Shown: positions 35,978 to 44,721 of the stretch, piece after piece | Position numbering within the stretch: position 1 is the first letter of the stretch | How the letters are laid out: every line of letters starts with the position of its first letter | Origin: a phage | Length of the DNA: 64,000 nt | Sequence record: PZ534515.1 | Strand: one strand, 5' to 3' | The notes under the pieces: generated by a model | What the model was told of the DNA's origin: nothing | The model's database searches: none | Seen by the model: the letters and a program-made list of their open reading frames with translations, nothing else | Program-made: the position numbers and the translations under genes

Positions 35978-36369
35978 TTAAGTTGAATCAAAAACAGTTA
36001 GAGTGGATTAAAGATTACGCCTCAGAGTGTGGCTCTTGCGAAAAGAATCACGTAAGATACTCAACATTCCACACGGTCTTCACATTGTACATAGGCGACA
36101 ACGTTCTAAGTGATTCCGTAGAAGATGGTGTAGCATTGCCTAATGAGTTACTTGATAAACTAGCTGTAGTCACTGGAACTTGGTCTGAAGAAGATGGTCA
36201 TGAATTATCTGACAATGTTGTCTTCTACACCATTGAAAACATTATGAACCCAGAGTATATTGCACTCATGACTTGTGCACAAGACTGCGTGCTCTTACAA
36301 GACTTCATTAAAGAGCACTGTGAAGAGTTTATTACTAAACAGGTTCCTTGTCAGGTAGTGTTTGAATGA
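35974..36369 (+). CDS. hypothetical protein
   Basis: 131 aa ORF. Confidence 0.45.
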   Translation: MIKLNQKQLEWIKDYASECGSCEKNHVRYSTFHTVFTLYIGDNVLSDSVEDGVALPNELLDKLAVVTGTWSEEDGHELSDNVVFYTIENIMNPEYIALMTCAQDCVLLQDFIKEHCEEFITKQVPCQVVFE

Positions 36370-36418
36370 GTAAAACAATTCGAAGAAAAGGTTTGAATAA
36401 TATTGGTGAGGTAACTAG

Positions 36419-36904
36419 ATGAATTACATGGAGATTCGACCATTTGACACAGCTAATGGTGAAGGGGTTCGTGTAAGCCTCTTCGTAGCTGGTTGTAAGC
36501 ATCACTGTGAAGGCTGCTTTAACAGGGAGTCTTGGAAGTTTAATGCTGGTAAAGAGTTTACTTATGCAAACCTCTACGGCATCATTAAGTTAATGGATGA
36601 TAAGGCCATCAGTGGGTTGTCAATACTTGGTGGAGAGCCTCTTGATGATAGGAACATTCAAGAGGTCACCAACATATGTAAACGTATTAAAACTGTTTAT
36701 CCAGAAAAGTCTATATGGCTTTGGACAGGTTTTCAGTTACACGAAAAAATTCATCTAGATGTGATGAAATATGTTGACGTGGTGATTGATGGTAAGTATG
36801 ATTCTTCTAAACCAACAGTTAAACCATATCGTGGTTCTGATAACCAAAACCTCTGGAGAAAAGAGTATGGGTGGCAAGGCGATTGTCAATGGCGAGCAGA
36901 GTAA
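36419..36904 (+). CDS. nrdG: anaerobic RNR activating protein (radical SAM)
   Basis: Radical-SAM cysteine cluster CKHHCEGC near N-terminus; follows nrdD. Confidence 0.75.
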   Translation: MNYMEIRPFDTANGEGVRVSLFVAGCKHHCEGCFNRESWKFNAGKEFTYANLYGIIKLMDDKAISGLSILGGEPLDDRNIQEVTNICKRIKTVYPEKSIWLWTGFQLHEKIHLDVMKYVDVVIDGKYDSSKPTVKPYRGSDNQNLWRKEYGWQGDCQWRAE

Positions 36905-36941
36905 ATCTCGTCGTAAAATTGGCTACGGGAAAGGTGAGATA

Positions 36942-37232
36942 ATGATTATCTCTTTTAATAGTGCTTTATTAGGCACTTATAAGGTCAAGACCGAACTCCT
37001 TGATGAGTGGAAAAAGTATACAAACTCACTGTTTGGTAATGTTGGAATGGAAGCCTTAGCAGAGATTGAGAAGGTGGGAACATTCGAAGTTATTGGTAAA
37101 GGCCACTTTACAATGTTCTACAAAACAAATTTAACGTTGGTGACAGTATTGTTGGTGTCACTGAAGAAGAACTTAAAACATTTTGTGAAAAGATTGAGAG
37201 AGATACGAAATGGGAATCTGGAACAGTTTTAA
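36942..37232 (+). CDS. hypothetical protein
   Basis: In-frame ATG with aaggtgag RBS inside track ORF 36786..37232. Confidence 0.35.
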   Translation: MIISFNSALLGTYKVKTELLDEWKKYTNSLFGNVGMEALAEIEKVGTFEVIGKGHFTMFYKTNLTLVTVLLVSLKKNLKHFVKRLREIRNGNLEQF

Positions 37233-37467
37233 ATCAAAAGTAAAAGCAGCACTGGCATCACTAGGTATGCTCACTGGTGTTGACGTTACTCATCTCATGC
37301 AGAACTTCAAGATGGATGAGAAACTAGCTAATGAGATTATGAAAAGTATCTATGTAGGTCGTGGTAAAGGTGGTAAAAAACAAGCACATCGACCAACTGG
37401 TGCAGCAGCTATTAAACGTGCAGCTAAGAAAGCTCGTAACCGTAAACGTAACAAGAAGGCTAAATAA
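37210..37467 (+). CDS. small basic protein
   Basis: Lys/Arg-rich C-terminus. Confidence 0.4.
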   Translation: MGIWNSFKSKVKAALASLGMLTGVDVTHLMQNFKMDEKLANEIMKSIYVGRGKGGKKQAHRPTGAAAIKRAAKKARNRKRNKKAK

Positions 37468-37469
37468 TC

Positions 37470-37790
37470 ATGAGCAAAGTTTATAACACTCGTAAATTAC
37501 AGATTTTCGTACTGTGCCAATTTATGGCTAAAGAGTATAACTACTACTACTGCGGTACAGGGTTCATTAGCGATGATGACGGCTCATATCTACCATTCAA
37601 AGAGGCTGTAAAACTCTTCAATGAAGAGGAAAGCTCTAAGAAAGATATTGAAAAGGTTAAGCTAACCTACAGCAAGAAAGATAAGAAGATTATCTGCCTA
37701 GATAACTTTGTAAAAGTTACTGGAGAAGCAAAAGAGTTTATGGATGAGAGTGAAATCTCGTTCACAAGTATCTTGAAAGTAGCTCAGTAA
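37470..37790 (+). CDS. hypothetical protein
   Basis: 106 aa ORF. Confidence 0.45.
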   Translation: MSKVYNTRKLQIFVLCQFMAKEYNYYYCGTGFISDDDGSYLPFKEAVKLFNEEESSKKDIEKVKLTYSKKDKKIICLDNFVKVTGEAKEFMDESEISFTSILKVAQ

Positions 37791-37801
37791 ACAGATACTA
37801 T

Positions 37802-37832
37802 AAGGGGACTGTAAAGGTTCCCTTTTTATTTT
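37802..37832 (+). terminator. terminator-like hairpin
   Basis: aaggg-loop-ccctt then ttttatttt. Confidence 0.4.
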
Positions 37833-37841
37833 GGAGATAAA

Positions 37842-38357
37842 ATGTATCTGTCAAATCTAAAACGTTCGGCTGCAATGTCAGTTCTAAGACTAAGCTTTGA
37901 AGAACGTCAAGAGTTCATTGACTCCCACCAATACGACCCTTCTAACTCAAATCACATGGTTCTCTGGAATCGTGATAGTACTCGTGAAAGAGCACTATTC
38001 CGCTATTATCCACATTACACCATAGACAACCTGTATGAATGTTTTGTTGTTAAGAACACCATTGCAGTGCTCAATAAGCTTTGTAGATACACAGGCAACC
38101 AGTCCTTCACATTAGGTCACCACAAACCTGTTACAAAAGGTGGCGAGCATCATTGTGCAAACTGGTTTATCCAAACTAAATCTGATAATCAGAAGCAGGG
38201 AGATAGCCTTCTAAGCATCCCTAAGATGACCTATGAAGAGCAAGAGAAATATATCAAAAATAATATGCCAGATGTGCTTGACAACAACTATACAGATTTG
38301 GCAATATCTCTCCTGTTGAAGTTTGAGACAGTTTATAGGGCAACTTACAATGGCTAA
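37842..38357 (+). CDS. HNH homing endonuclease
   Basis: GHHKPVTKGGEHHCANWFIQTKSDNQKQGD matches the HNH core. Confidence 0.6.
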   Translation: MYLSNLKRSAAMSVLRLSFEERQEFIDSHQYDPSNSNHMVLWNRDSTRERALFRYYPHYTIDNLYECFVVKNTIAVLNKLCRYTGNQSFTLGHHKPVTKGGEHHCANWFIQTKSDNQKQGDSLLSIPKMTYEEQEKYIKNNMPDVLDNNYTDLAISLLLKFETVYRATYNG

Positions 38358-38628
38358 AGAGAAGTGGGAGATTTTACCACTAGTCAGTGAGGGTGGCAAT
38401 GGTTGTGAAATGTACATGATACGAGGTCATGTTCCAGAACCAATTGCACTTGAGATGGTAAACAATTTTACAGATGGCTCTTACAAAGACTTAGGAGAAC
38501 CAACTGTCAAGCAACAATGGGTTAAACCTGTACCAGACAGCACAGGCAACTGTAGTGTACTTTATCACGTTGTAGACCCTGCAAAATGCAAATCTGCAAT
38601 GGCAGTAACAAACGTAACTTTTGATTAA
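38350..38628 (+). CDS. hypothetical protein
   Basis: Start at internal ATG (MAKEKW...) of track ORF 38323..38628. Confidence 0.35.
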   Translation: MAKEKWEILPLVSEGGNGCEMYMIRGHVPEPIALEMVNNFTDGSYKDLGEPTVKQQWVKPVPDSTGNCSVLYHVVDPAKCKSAMAVTNVTFD

Positions 38629-38641
38629 GAGAGAGAGAGCT

Positions 38642-39523
38642 ATGAAAACTATTATTGAAGCCGTTGTCACCGCACAAGAGAAATTCTTCCACACAGAAAA
38701 ATTTAATATCATCCAATTCCCATCTGGAGAAATTGGTGGAAACTTCTCTGAAGACTTTGTTAAGTTTACTGAGCGTAATGCTGGTAAGATTGACAATGTT
38801 ATATTGACTGTACAGGGATATGATAAAGATACACTGTTTGCATTAGCTTTGGCTAAGGATGCCGTTGACAGTCTTGTTCCATACAAATCAGCGATGAAAA
38901 CCGTTGTTTTCGGGTTCTTACCGAATGCTCGATATGACCGCCATATATTCAAAGGTGATTCAGCAGCACTGAAAGCCTTTGCCAACCTCGTTAATGCAAT
39001 GGGTTTTGATGCAGTATGTGCTCTTGACCCTCACAGTAATGTTGCAGAAAACTTATTTAAGTGTTTTCAGAGCATGAAGCAAAAAGATGTAGCAGCACAC
39101 TTTGCAAGTGACCCACGCATTGATTTCTTGGTAGCCCCAGATGCAGGTGCAGCTAAGAAGACTGAAGAGACTGCTAAAGAGGTGGATAAACCATATATCA
39201 CAATGTCTAAAGTACGCAACCTTAAGACTGGTGAAATTACTGGTATGCGAATCCTTGATGCTGTTGATTTGACCGATAAAACTGTCATGATTCTTGATGA
39301 TATTTGTGATGGAGGCCGAACCTTCATAGAAGCAGCTAAACATCTTCGTGAAGCAGGTGCAAAACGTGTGGAACTCTATGTAACTCATGGTATTTTCTCT
39401 AAAGGTGTTGAAAACTTACTTGACAATGGTATTGACCATATCTACACTACAAACTCTTTAGGGGAAGCTAAAGACCGTGGATTAACACATTATGCCCAAG
39501 TTACTGTAGTAACCATTGATTGA
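38642..39523 (+). CDS. prs: ribose-phosphate pyrophosphokinase-like protein (candidate ADP-ribose pyrophosphokinase, NARP1 Adps)
   Basis: PRPP-binding loop VMILDDICDGGRT; ATG at 38642 after agagagagag (track uses TTG at 38621); directly upstream of the NAMPT-like gene. Confidence 0.7.
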   Translation: MKTIIEAVVTAQEKFFHTEKFNIIQFPSGEIGGNFSEDFVKFTERNAGKIDNVILTVQGYDKDTLFALALAKDAVDSLVPYKSAMKTVVFGFLPNARYDRHIFKGDSAALKAFANLVNAMGFDAVCALDPHSNVAENLFKCFQSMKQKDVAAHFASDPRIDFLVAPDAGAAKKTEETAKEVDKPYITMSKVRNLKTGEITGMRILDAVDLTDKTVMILDDICDGGRTFIEAAKHLREAGAKRVELYVTHGIFSKGVENLLDNGIDHIYTTNSLGEAKDRGLTHYAQVTVVTID

Positions 39524-39532
39524 AACTTTATA

Positions 39533-39554
39533 GGGGCTTCAAAGCCCCATTTTG
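39533..39554 (+). terminator. hairpin/attenuator between the prs-like and nadV-like genes
   Basis: ggggctt-ca-aagcccc then attttg; same hairpin recurs at 44655. Confidence 0.45.
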
Positions 39555-39568
39555 AGAGAGATTAAAAG

Positions 39569-41350
39569 ATGACTAAATCACTTTATGCAGTACCAGCAGG
39601 TTTAAATGCAGATGCTTACAAATCTGGTCATGTTTACCAGTACCCTAGTGCAACAGATTACTTGATGTTTAACCTGACACCACGTAGTGATAAATGGTTT
39701 AACAGCCCTTTAGCAATTGATGGTGTAGTAGCTTTTGGTATTCAACGTTTTGTTAAAGATTACTTGATAGACCACTGGAATACCACCTTCTTTGAACGTG
39801 ACAAAAAAGAAGCAATTGATGAAATCTTAGAAGTCATGAACGGTGTTCTGGGTAAAGATGCTATTGGTCGAGAACATTGGGAAGCACTTCACGACTTAGG
39901 TTATCTACCAGTTGAAGTATACGCTGTAGAAGAAGGCACAGTTGTCCCTATGCGTGTTCCAATGATTGTATTCCAGAACACTGTTTCAGGTTTCCATTGG
40001 GTAGCAGGATATCTGGAAGATGCTTTCTCTGCTGAGATTTGGAAGGCTTGTACCATTGCGACTATTGCATTGCACTACAAACGTATCTGTAAGAAGTGGT
40101 CTGACCTTACTTGTGACAATGACTTGCATTTACCTTATCAGTGCCATGACTTTGCTATGCGTGGTATGTCCGGCTTTACCGATGACGCATTTAACGCTGT
40201 AGGTCACTTAACCAGCTTTAAAGGGACTGATAGCTTCCCTGCTGTATATACAGCTAAACGCATCTATGGACAGTCCTACCCAATCTCTGAGATTGGTGGT
40301 TCTGTACCAGCCACTGAACACTCTGTCATGTGTGCAAACATTGCTTGGGAAGGTGGTAATGAATTGATTGAAGAGGAAAGACGCTTTAGAGGTGAGTTGC
40401 AAACCTTCCGTCGTTTCTTAACAGAAACTTACCCAACTGGTATTGTAAGTATTGTTTCAGATACTTATAATTTCTGGAGAACTGTATCAGTGATACTACC
40501 AGAACTCCGTAAAGAGATTATGGAACGTGATGGCAAACTGGTAATTCGTCCTGACTCTGGCGACCCTGTACATATTGTCACAGGTTATAAAGCAATCCAC
40601 TTAGAGTGTGCTAAAAAGGCTTATTACGAACACCTAAGCAAGCTGGAAGCCAGCGACACAATGTTGAATGCTGTTCTGAACATGAAGCTTGAAAACATCA
40701 ACTACGGCATTGCTGGGTGGCTACTGTCAGAAGGTTACGAAATGGTTGTTGACAGAGAAGACTTTGAAGTTGCCGATACAGTGATGTTGAAAAATGCTTA
40801 TATGGTTGGTTCTGCAAACGTTGTAACACGTCCTGTAGCAGAGATTGATGGAGCTATCAAGACACTGTATAACATCTTTGGGGGAACTATCAACTCTAAA
40901 GGTTTTAAAGTACTGGATGAGCACATCGGACTTATTTATGGTGACTCTATCACGTTGGAACGTGCAAACGAAATCTTGAAGCGTTTGTATGAAATGGGTT
41001 TTGCAAGCTCTAACGTGGTGTTTGGTGTAGGTTCTTACACTTACCAGTACATGACTCGTGACACTTTTGCATTTGCTGTCAAAGCAACTCTTGCAAGCAT
41101 TGGTGGTAAAGAGATTATGCTTGCAAAAGACCCTAAAACAGATAGTGGTGTTAAGAAGTCTGCTTTTGGTGGTGTAGCACCTATGTGGGATGGTGATAAG
41201 CTGAAAGCTGTAGATGGCTATGGATTCCAGAGCTTTGCAGATGTGCTTGAACATCCAGCTTGTGCTTTACGTTTAGTCTTTAGTGACTCTGAGCAGTTCG
41301 GTTACACATCTCTTGGTGATATTCGAAATAATATTGACAAGCAACTTTAA
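39569..41350 (+). CDS. nadV: nicotinamide phosphoribosyltransferase-like protein (candidate NARP1 Namat)
   Basis: 593 aa; NAMPT-like N-terminus (DAYKSGH); paired with the prs-like gene. Confidence 0.75.
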   Translation: MTKSLYAVPAGLNADAYKSGHVYQYPSATDYLMFNLTPRSDKWFNSPLAIDGVVAFGIQRFVKDYLIDHWNTTFFERDKKEAIDEILEVMNGVLGKDAIGREHWEALHDLGYLPVEVYAVEEGTVVPMRVPMIVFQNTVSGFHWVAGYLEDAFSAEIWKACTIATIALHYKRICKKWSDLTCDNDLHLPYQCHDFAMRGMSGFTDDAFNAVGHLTSFKGTDSFPAVYTAKRIYGQSYPISEIGGSVPATEHSVMCANIAWEGGNELIEEERRFRGELQTFRRFLTETYPTGIVSIVSDTYNFWRTVSVILPELRKEIMERDGKLVIRPDSGDPVHIVTGYKAIHLECAKKAYYEHLSKLEASDTMLNAVLNMKLENINYGIAGWLLSEGYEMVVDREDFEVADTVMLKNAYMVGSANVVTRPVAEIDGAIKTLYNIFGGTINSKGFKVLDEHIGLIYGDSITLERANEILKRLYEMGFASSNVVFGVGSYTYQYMTRDTFAFAVKATLASIGGKEIMLAKDPKTDSGVKKSAFGGVAPMWDGDKLKAVDGYGFQSFADVLEHPACALRLVFSDSEQFGYTSLGDIRNNIDKQL

Positions 41351-41363
41351 AAGTATATGATAA

Positions 41364-41387
41364 GAGGCTCCTATGGGAGCCTTTTTA
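41364..41387 (+). terminator. intrinsic terminator
   Basis: aggctcc-tat-gggagcct then ttttt. Confidence 0.6.
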
Positions 41388-41403
41388 ATTTCTGGAGAAT
41401 GCT

Positions 41404-41748
41404 ATGGACAACCTTTCCATATGGTTTAACAAGAAACCTGTACAACCGAAATACTTACAAGTTGCCTATACAGACATCCTTGAAGTTCTCGGTAAAGAAA
41501 AGTTTGAAAAGTTTTGTGAAGGCATCTACAATCATCACTGCCAATTTGCTACAAAAGAAGGTATGTTTGTCATAGAACAGTTCTTTGGCAGAGACCCAGA
41601 TGACTACGAAGAGATTAGCTTTGTAATGAAATACATGATAGAGTATATTGAAAATCGTGGATTCGAAGTTAATCCTGAATTTTATGAGCACGAGGGTGTA
41701 CCTTTAGCAAAAGGTTTTGATGGAATACTTGTTAGCTGGACTTGGTGA
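41404..41748 (+). CDS. hypothetical protein
   Basis: 114 aa ORF. Confidence 0.45.
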   Translation: MDNLSIWFNKKPVQPKYLQVAYTDILEVLGKEKFEKFCEGIYNHHCQFATKEGMFVIEQFFGRDPDDYEEISFVMKYMIEYIENRGFEVNPEFYEHEGVPLAKGFDGILVSWTW

Positions 41749-42089
41749 AAATTATGAAAATCAAAGAAATGAACATCAATATTGTCTTAGAAGAACGCTG
41801 GGAGAACATCAAGAAGCCTGAAAAGGGTCATAAGTTCCTCAACAAAATCTTAGTAGCAGCTAAAGAAGAACTGACTGGCAAGGTTGCAGCAGCAATTACA
41901 ATAAAGGTCTGTGTAAAAGGTCTTCCAGACAATCACCAATTTGCACTTGACGAGTTTAAAGAAAGCTTCTACAATCCAAACAAACAGATGCTTGAAAGTA
42001 ACTTTGCAGTATCTACAAGTATCGTCCATGATAGAAGCTTCATCCTTTACAAGAATATGAGAGGTGAGTCATGCAAGCATATTGGATAG
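41742..42089 (+). CDS. hypothetical protein
   Basis: 115 aa ORF. Confidence 0.45.
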   Translation: MVKIMKIKEMNINIVLEERWENIKKPEKGHKFLNKILVAAKEELTGKVAAAITIKVCVKGLPDNHQFALDEFKESFYNPNKQMLESNFAVSTSIVHDRSFILYKNMRGESCKHIG

Positions 42090-42247
42090 AAATTTTACTG
42101 TCACTTGGTAGTGTAGCAGTGTTCGTTTACCTTCTTTGCAAGTACTATGCAGAGCACAAAAAATGTGACTTCTGTAATGGGGAAGGTTATACAAGAACAG
42201 GCTGTTGCCCTATATGTGGTGGTTCTGGTAAAATGTTTAATAAGTAA
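42071..42247 (+). CDS. small membrane protein with C-terminal zinc ribbon (58 aa, below track cutoff)
   Basis: My own translation: hydrophobic N-terminus then CDFCNGEG...CPICGGSG. Confidence 0.3.
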   Translation: MQAYWIEILLSLGSVAVFVYLLCKYYAEHKKCDFCNGEGYTRTGCCPICGGSGKMFNK

Positions 42248-42275
42248 TTTAACAGCAAACTAAGAGGAAAGTATT

Positions 42276-44642
42276 ATGCGCATGGTAAATGACCACGCAG
42301 AAGTGATTAAGAGTTCAACTTCTTTAGAGACGTCTCAAGCACAGATTACAATGACACCCGAAATGTTCAGCCTTTTAAGTTCTGGTGTATACACCTTTAA
42401 AGAAAGGGCAGTTATTCGTGAACTGTCATGTAACGCAGTAGATGCTCAGAAAGAGGCTGGAAAAGAGAACATTCCGTTCCATGTGCATTTACCTACTCGT
42501 TTTGAGCCTTACTTTGAAGTTCGTGATTTTGGAACTGGATTGACTCATGATAAAGTTATGAGTTTGTATCTAAACTATGGGGCTTCTACGAAGAATGACT
42601 CTAATGACTACATTGGTGCAATGGGTATCGGCTCAAAATCCCCATTTGCAATTGCTCAGTCATTCACAGTGTCCAGTTATGTTGATGGTGTTGTTAATAA
42701 GTACTCTGTTTATCTTGAGAATGGTATTCCTCAAGTAACTAAGCTGACCACCAACCCAACAAAAGAACCTAATGGTTTAGCTGTACGTGTAGCAGTTGCT
42801 GACCATCGTATCTCAAAGTTCTTTGAAGAGGCTGGTCACGTATACTCATACTTTGCTGTAAAACCGGAAAGTAATATCGAGTATGACGATGTATTATCAG
42901 ATATGAATGTCATTGCCCGTGAAGAAGGTGTTTATGATGCCATGATTCATAAGCAAAGCTGGCGTTCTAGTGGTAACAGGACAGAGTTTAATGTGGTGAT
43001 GGGTAACATTGCCTACCCTGTTAACATGGAAGCATTACTTGGTGATGATTTCTTTAAAGTCTTGCCAGAATTTTTCCGTAGGAGCGTAGACCTTGTAAAC
43101 ATCTACATGCCTATTGGCTCAGTTGCTATTGCAGCTTCTCGTGAAGCATTGCAGATGAATGACACGACAAAAAATGTTATCATTGAGGCTACTAAAAAGA
43201 TAACTGAAGCAATTACAAAGGATGTTATCAAGAAAGTTAACAGCCAACCTACACTCATGGATGCTGCACAGGCTTATGCTGAGTTACGTTTGAACTCACG
43301 AGAGATGTTTAATGCTGTGTGTCCAAAGCTAGAGTGGGGAGGTGTTAAGCTTGATTCTCTGGAAGAAGAATTACTAAATATTCGTCGTGGAATTATCTAT
43401 GCAGAAGACGGCTCAGTCATCTATGAACGTGACGGTAAAGGTAATATTAAGGTTGATAGGAACGGAAACAACATCCCTAAAGTAGATTATCTTTATGACC
43501 CAGTTGCTTATGTTAAGTTCAACTCTTTAGAGAGTAAGATTCGTGCGACATCACTTTCCTACACTCAAGAGGCAAGTATGTTCAATATTTTTGGCGCAAT
43601 GCGTAAAAGCCAAATTGAACAGTTTTTGTTTGTTATAAATGACCGTCGCAATAAAAACGGTACTGAGAAGACTGTAGGACGCAATCAAATCTTGCGTGGT
43701 GCATGTCGAGACTATGCCAGTGAGTCAAGTCTGTTTCACAGATACAATGGTATCGTCTTTGTATTCTCTACTGAGAAAGAGTTAGACGACCTAATCAATC
43801 TACACAAACTTGATAAAAGCTTGTTAAAGATTGTAAAGATGTCTGATAAGGAACATCATTATCAGCGTAAAGAAGCTGTAAGAGGTGTTGTAAAACTCTG
43901 GAAAGCTGTTCCAGCAGAAGGTGTAGCTTCCTATAAAGAGGTGTCAGAAGACTTAGACACAATTGAAGAGCCTCAACTTTATATCAAGGCAGTAGGTGAT
44001 ACTGTTGATGGTGAATGTTTTTGCTCGTCTCCAGAAGATGTAGCTAAGTCAGTTGCCAATGTCATTGAAAAGACAGTCTATGTTTTCCGAAAAGCAAATT
44101 GGAAAAAGATACCAGAAGACTGGATTGAAGTAGATGAGAAGCTCTTGAACGACAGCTTAACTGATGTTCACTGGATTAATCATAACAGGTATATGACACG
44201 TATCTATATGAATGGTGTCCTAGACCTTACAAGCAGTTGGATTATTGCCAGAAACTTTACGTTCAATAACAGGAAGATTTCTCGCGGTTATTGCTATTCA
44301 CGAGATACAAACAAAACTATCTTCTTAGAAGGTAATGAAGATGCTGTTGAGGCAATGTTTGGTAAAATCCAATACGTTGCTGCACCGTTTGCATACACTT
44401 ACACTATTAGTCGGTTGCAAACTTTGAAAGAGTGCCTTGACAATGATACAAAGCTGTACAAGAAAATTAAGAAAGCTGGTGACCGTATGGTCATTAAGGT
44501 GACAAACTATCTTTCAAAAAGAAAACAAGAAAACTTCTTGCTTTCTCATTTAGATTGGAATAAAGTGTCACCCATCGAAGTGAGTAAGTTCTTAGGCTTT
44601 GATGTGAAGTGTGTTCCAGAAGGGACTACAATTTACGATTAA
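42276..44642 (+). CDS. rIIA: rIIA-like protein (GHKL/Hsp90-type ATPase domain)
   Basis: N-terminal GHKL motifs RELSCNAVDA, RDFGTGLTHD, IGAMGIGSKSPF; 788 aa; followed by an rIIB-sized gene. Confidence 0.65.
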   Translation: MRMVNDHAEVIKSSTSLETSQAQITMTPEMFSLLSSGVYTFKERAVIRELSCNAVDAQKEAGKENIPFHVHLPTRFEPYFEVRDFGTGLTHDKVMSLYLNYGASTKNDSNDYIGAMGIGSKSPFAIAQSFTVSSYVDGVVNKYSVYLENGIPQVTKLTTNPTKEPNGLAVRVAVADHRISKFFEEAGHVYSYFAVKPESNIEYDDVLSDMNVIAREEGVYDAMIHKQSWRSSGNRTEFNVVMGNIAYPVNMEALLGDDFFKVLPEFFRRSVDLVNIYMPIGSVAIAASREALQMNDTTKNVIIEATKKITEAITKDVIKKVNSQPTLMDAAQAYAELRLNSREMFNAVCPKLEWGGVKLDSLEEELLNIRRGIIYAEDGSVIYERDGKGNIKVDRNGNNIPKVDYLYDPVAYVKFNSLESKIRATSLSYTQEASMFNIFGAMRKSQIEQFLFVINDRRNKNGTEKTVGRNQILRGACRDYASESSLFHRYNGIVFVFSTEKELDDLINLHKLDKSLLKIVKMSDKEHHYQRKEAVRGVVKLWKAVPAEGVASYKEVSEDLDTIEEPQLYIKAVGDTVDGECFCSSPEDVAKSVANVIEKTVYVFRKANWKKIPEDWIEVDEKLLNDSLTDVHWINHNRYMTRIYMNGVLDLTSSWIIARNFTFNNRKISRGYCYSRDTNKTIFLEGNEDAVEAMFGKIQYVAAPFAYTYTISRLQTLKECLDNDTKLYKKIKKAGDRMVIKVTNYLSKRKQENFLLSHLDWNKVSPIEVSKFLGFDVKCVPEGTTIYD

Positions 44643-44647
44643 AGTGT

Positions 44648-44677
44648 TTGACAAGGGGCTTCAAAGCCCCTTAGAAT
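44648..44677 (+). promoter_or_regulatory. promoter with hairpin occupying the spacer
   Basis: TTGACA, spacer aggggcttcaaagcccc (perfect hairpin), then TAGAAT. Confidence 0.5.
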
Positions 44678-44721
44678 AGCCTCACAAAATGATTTATTAA
44701 CTAACAAGAGAGAGTAATAAG

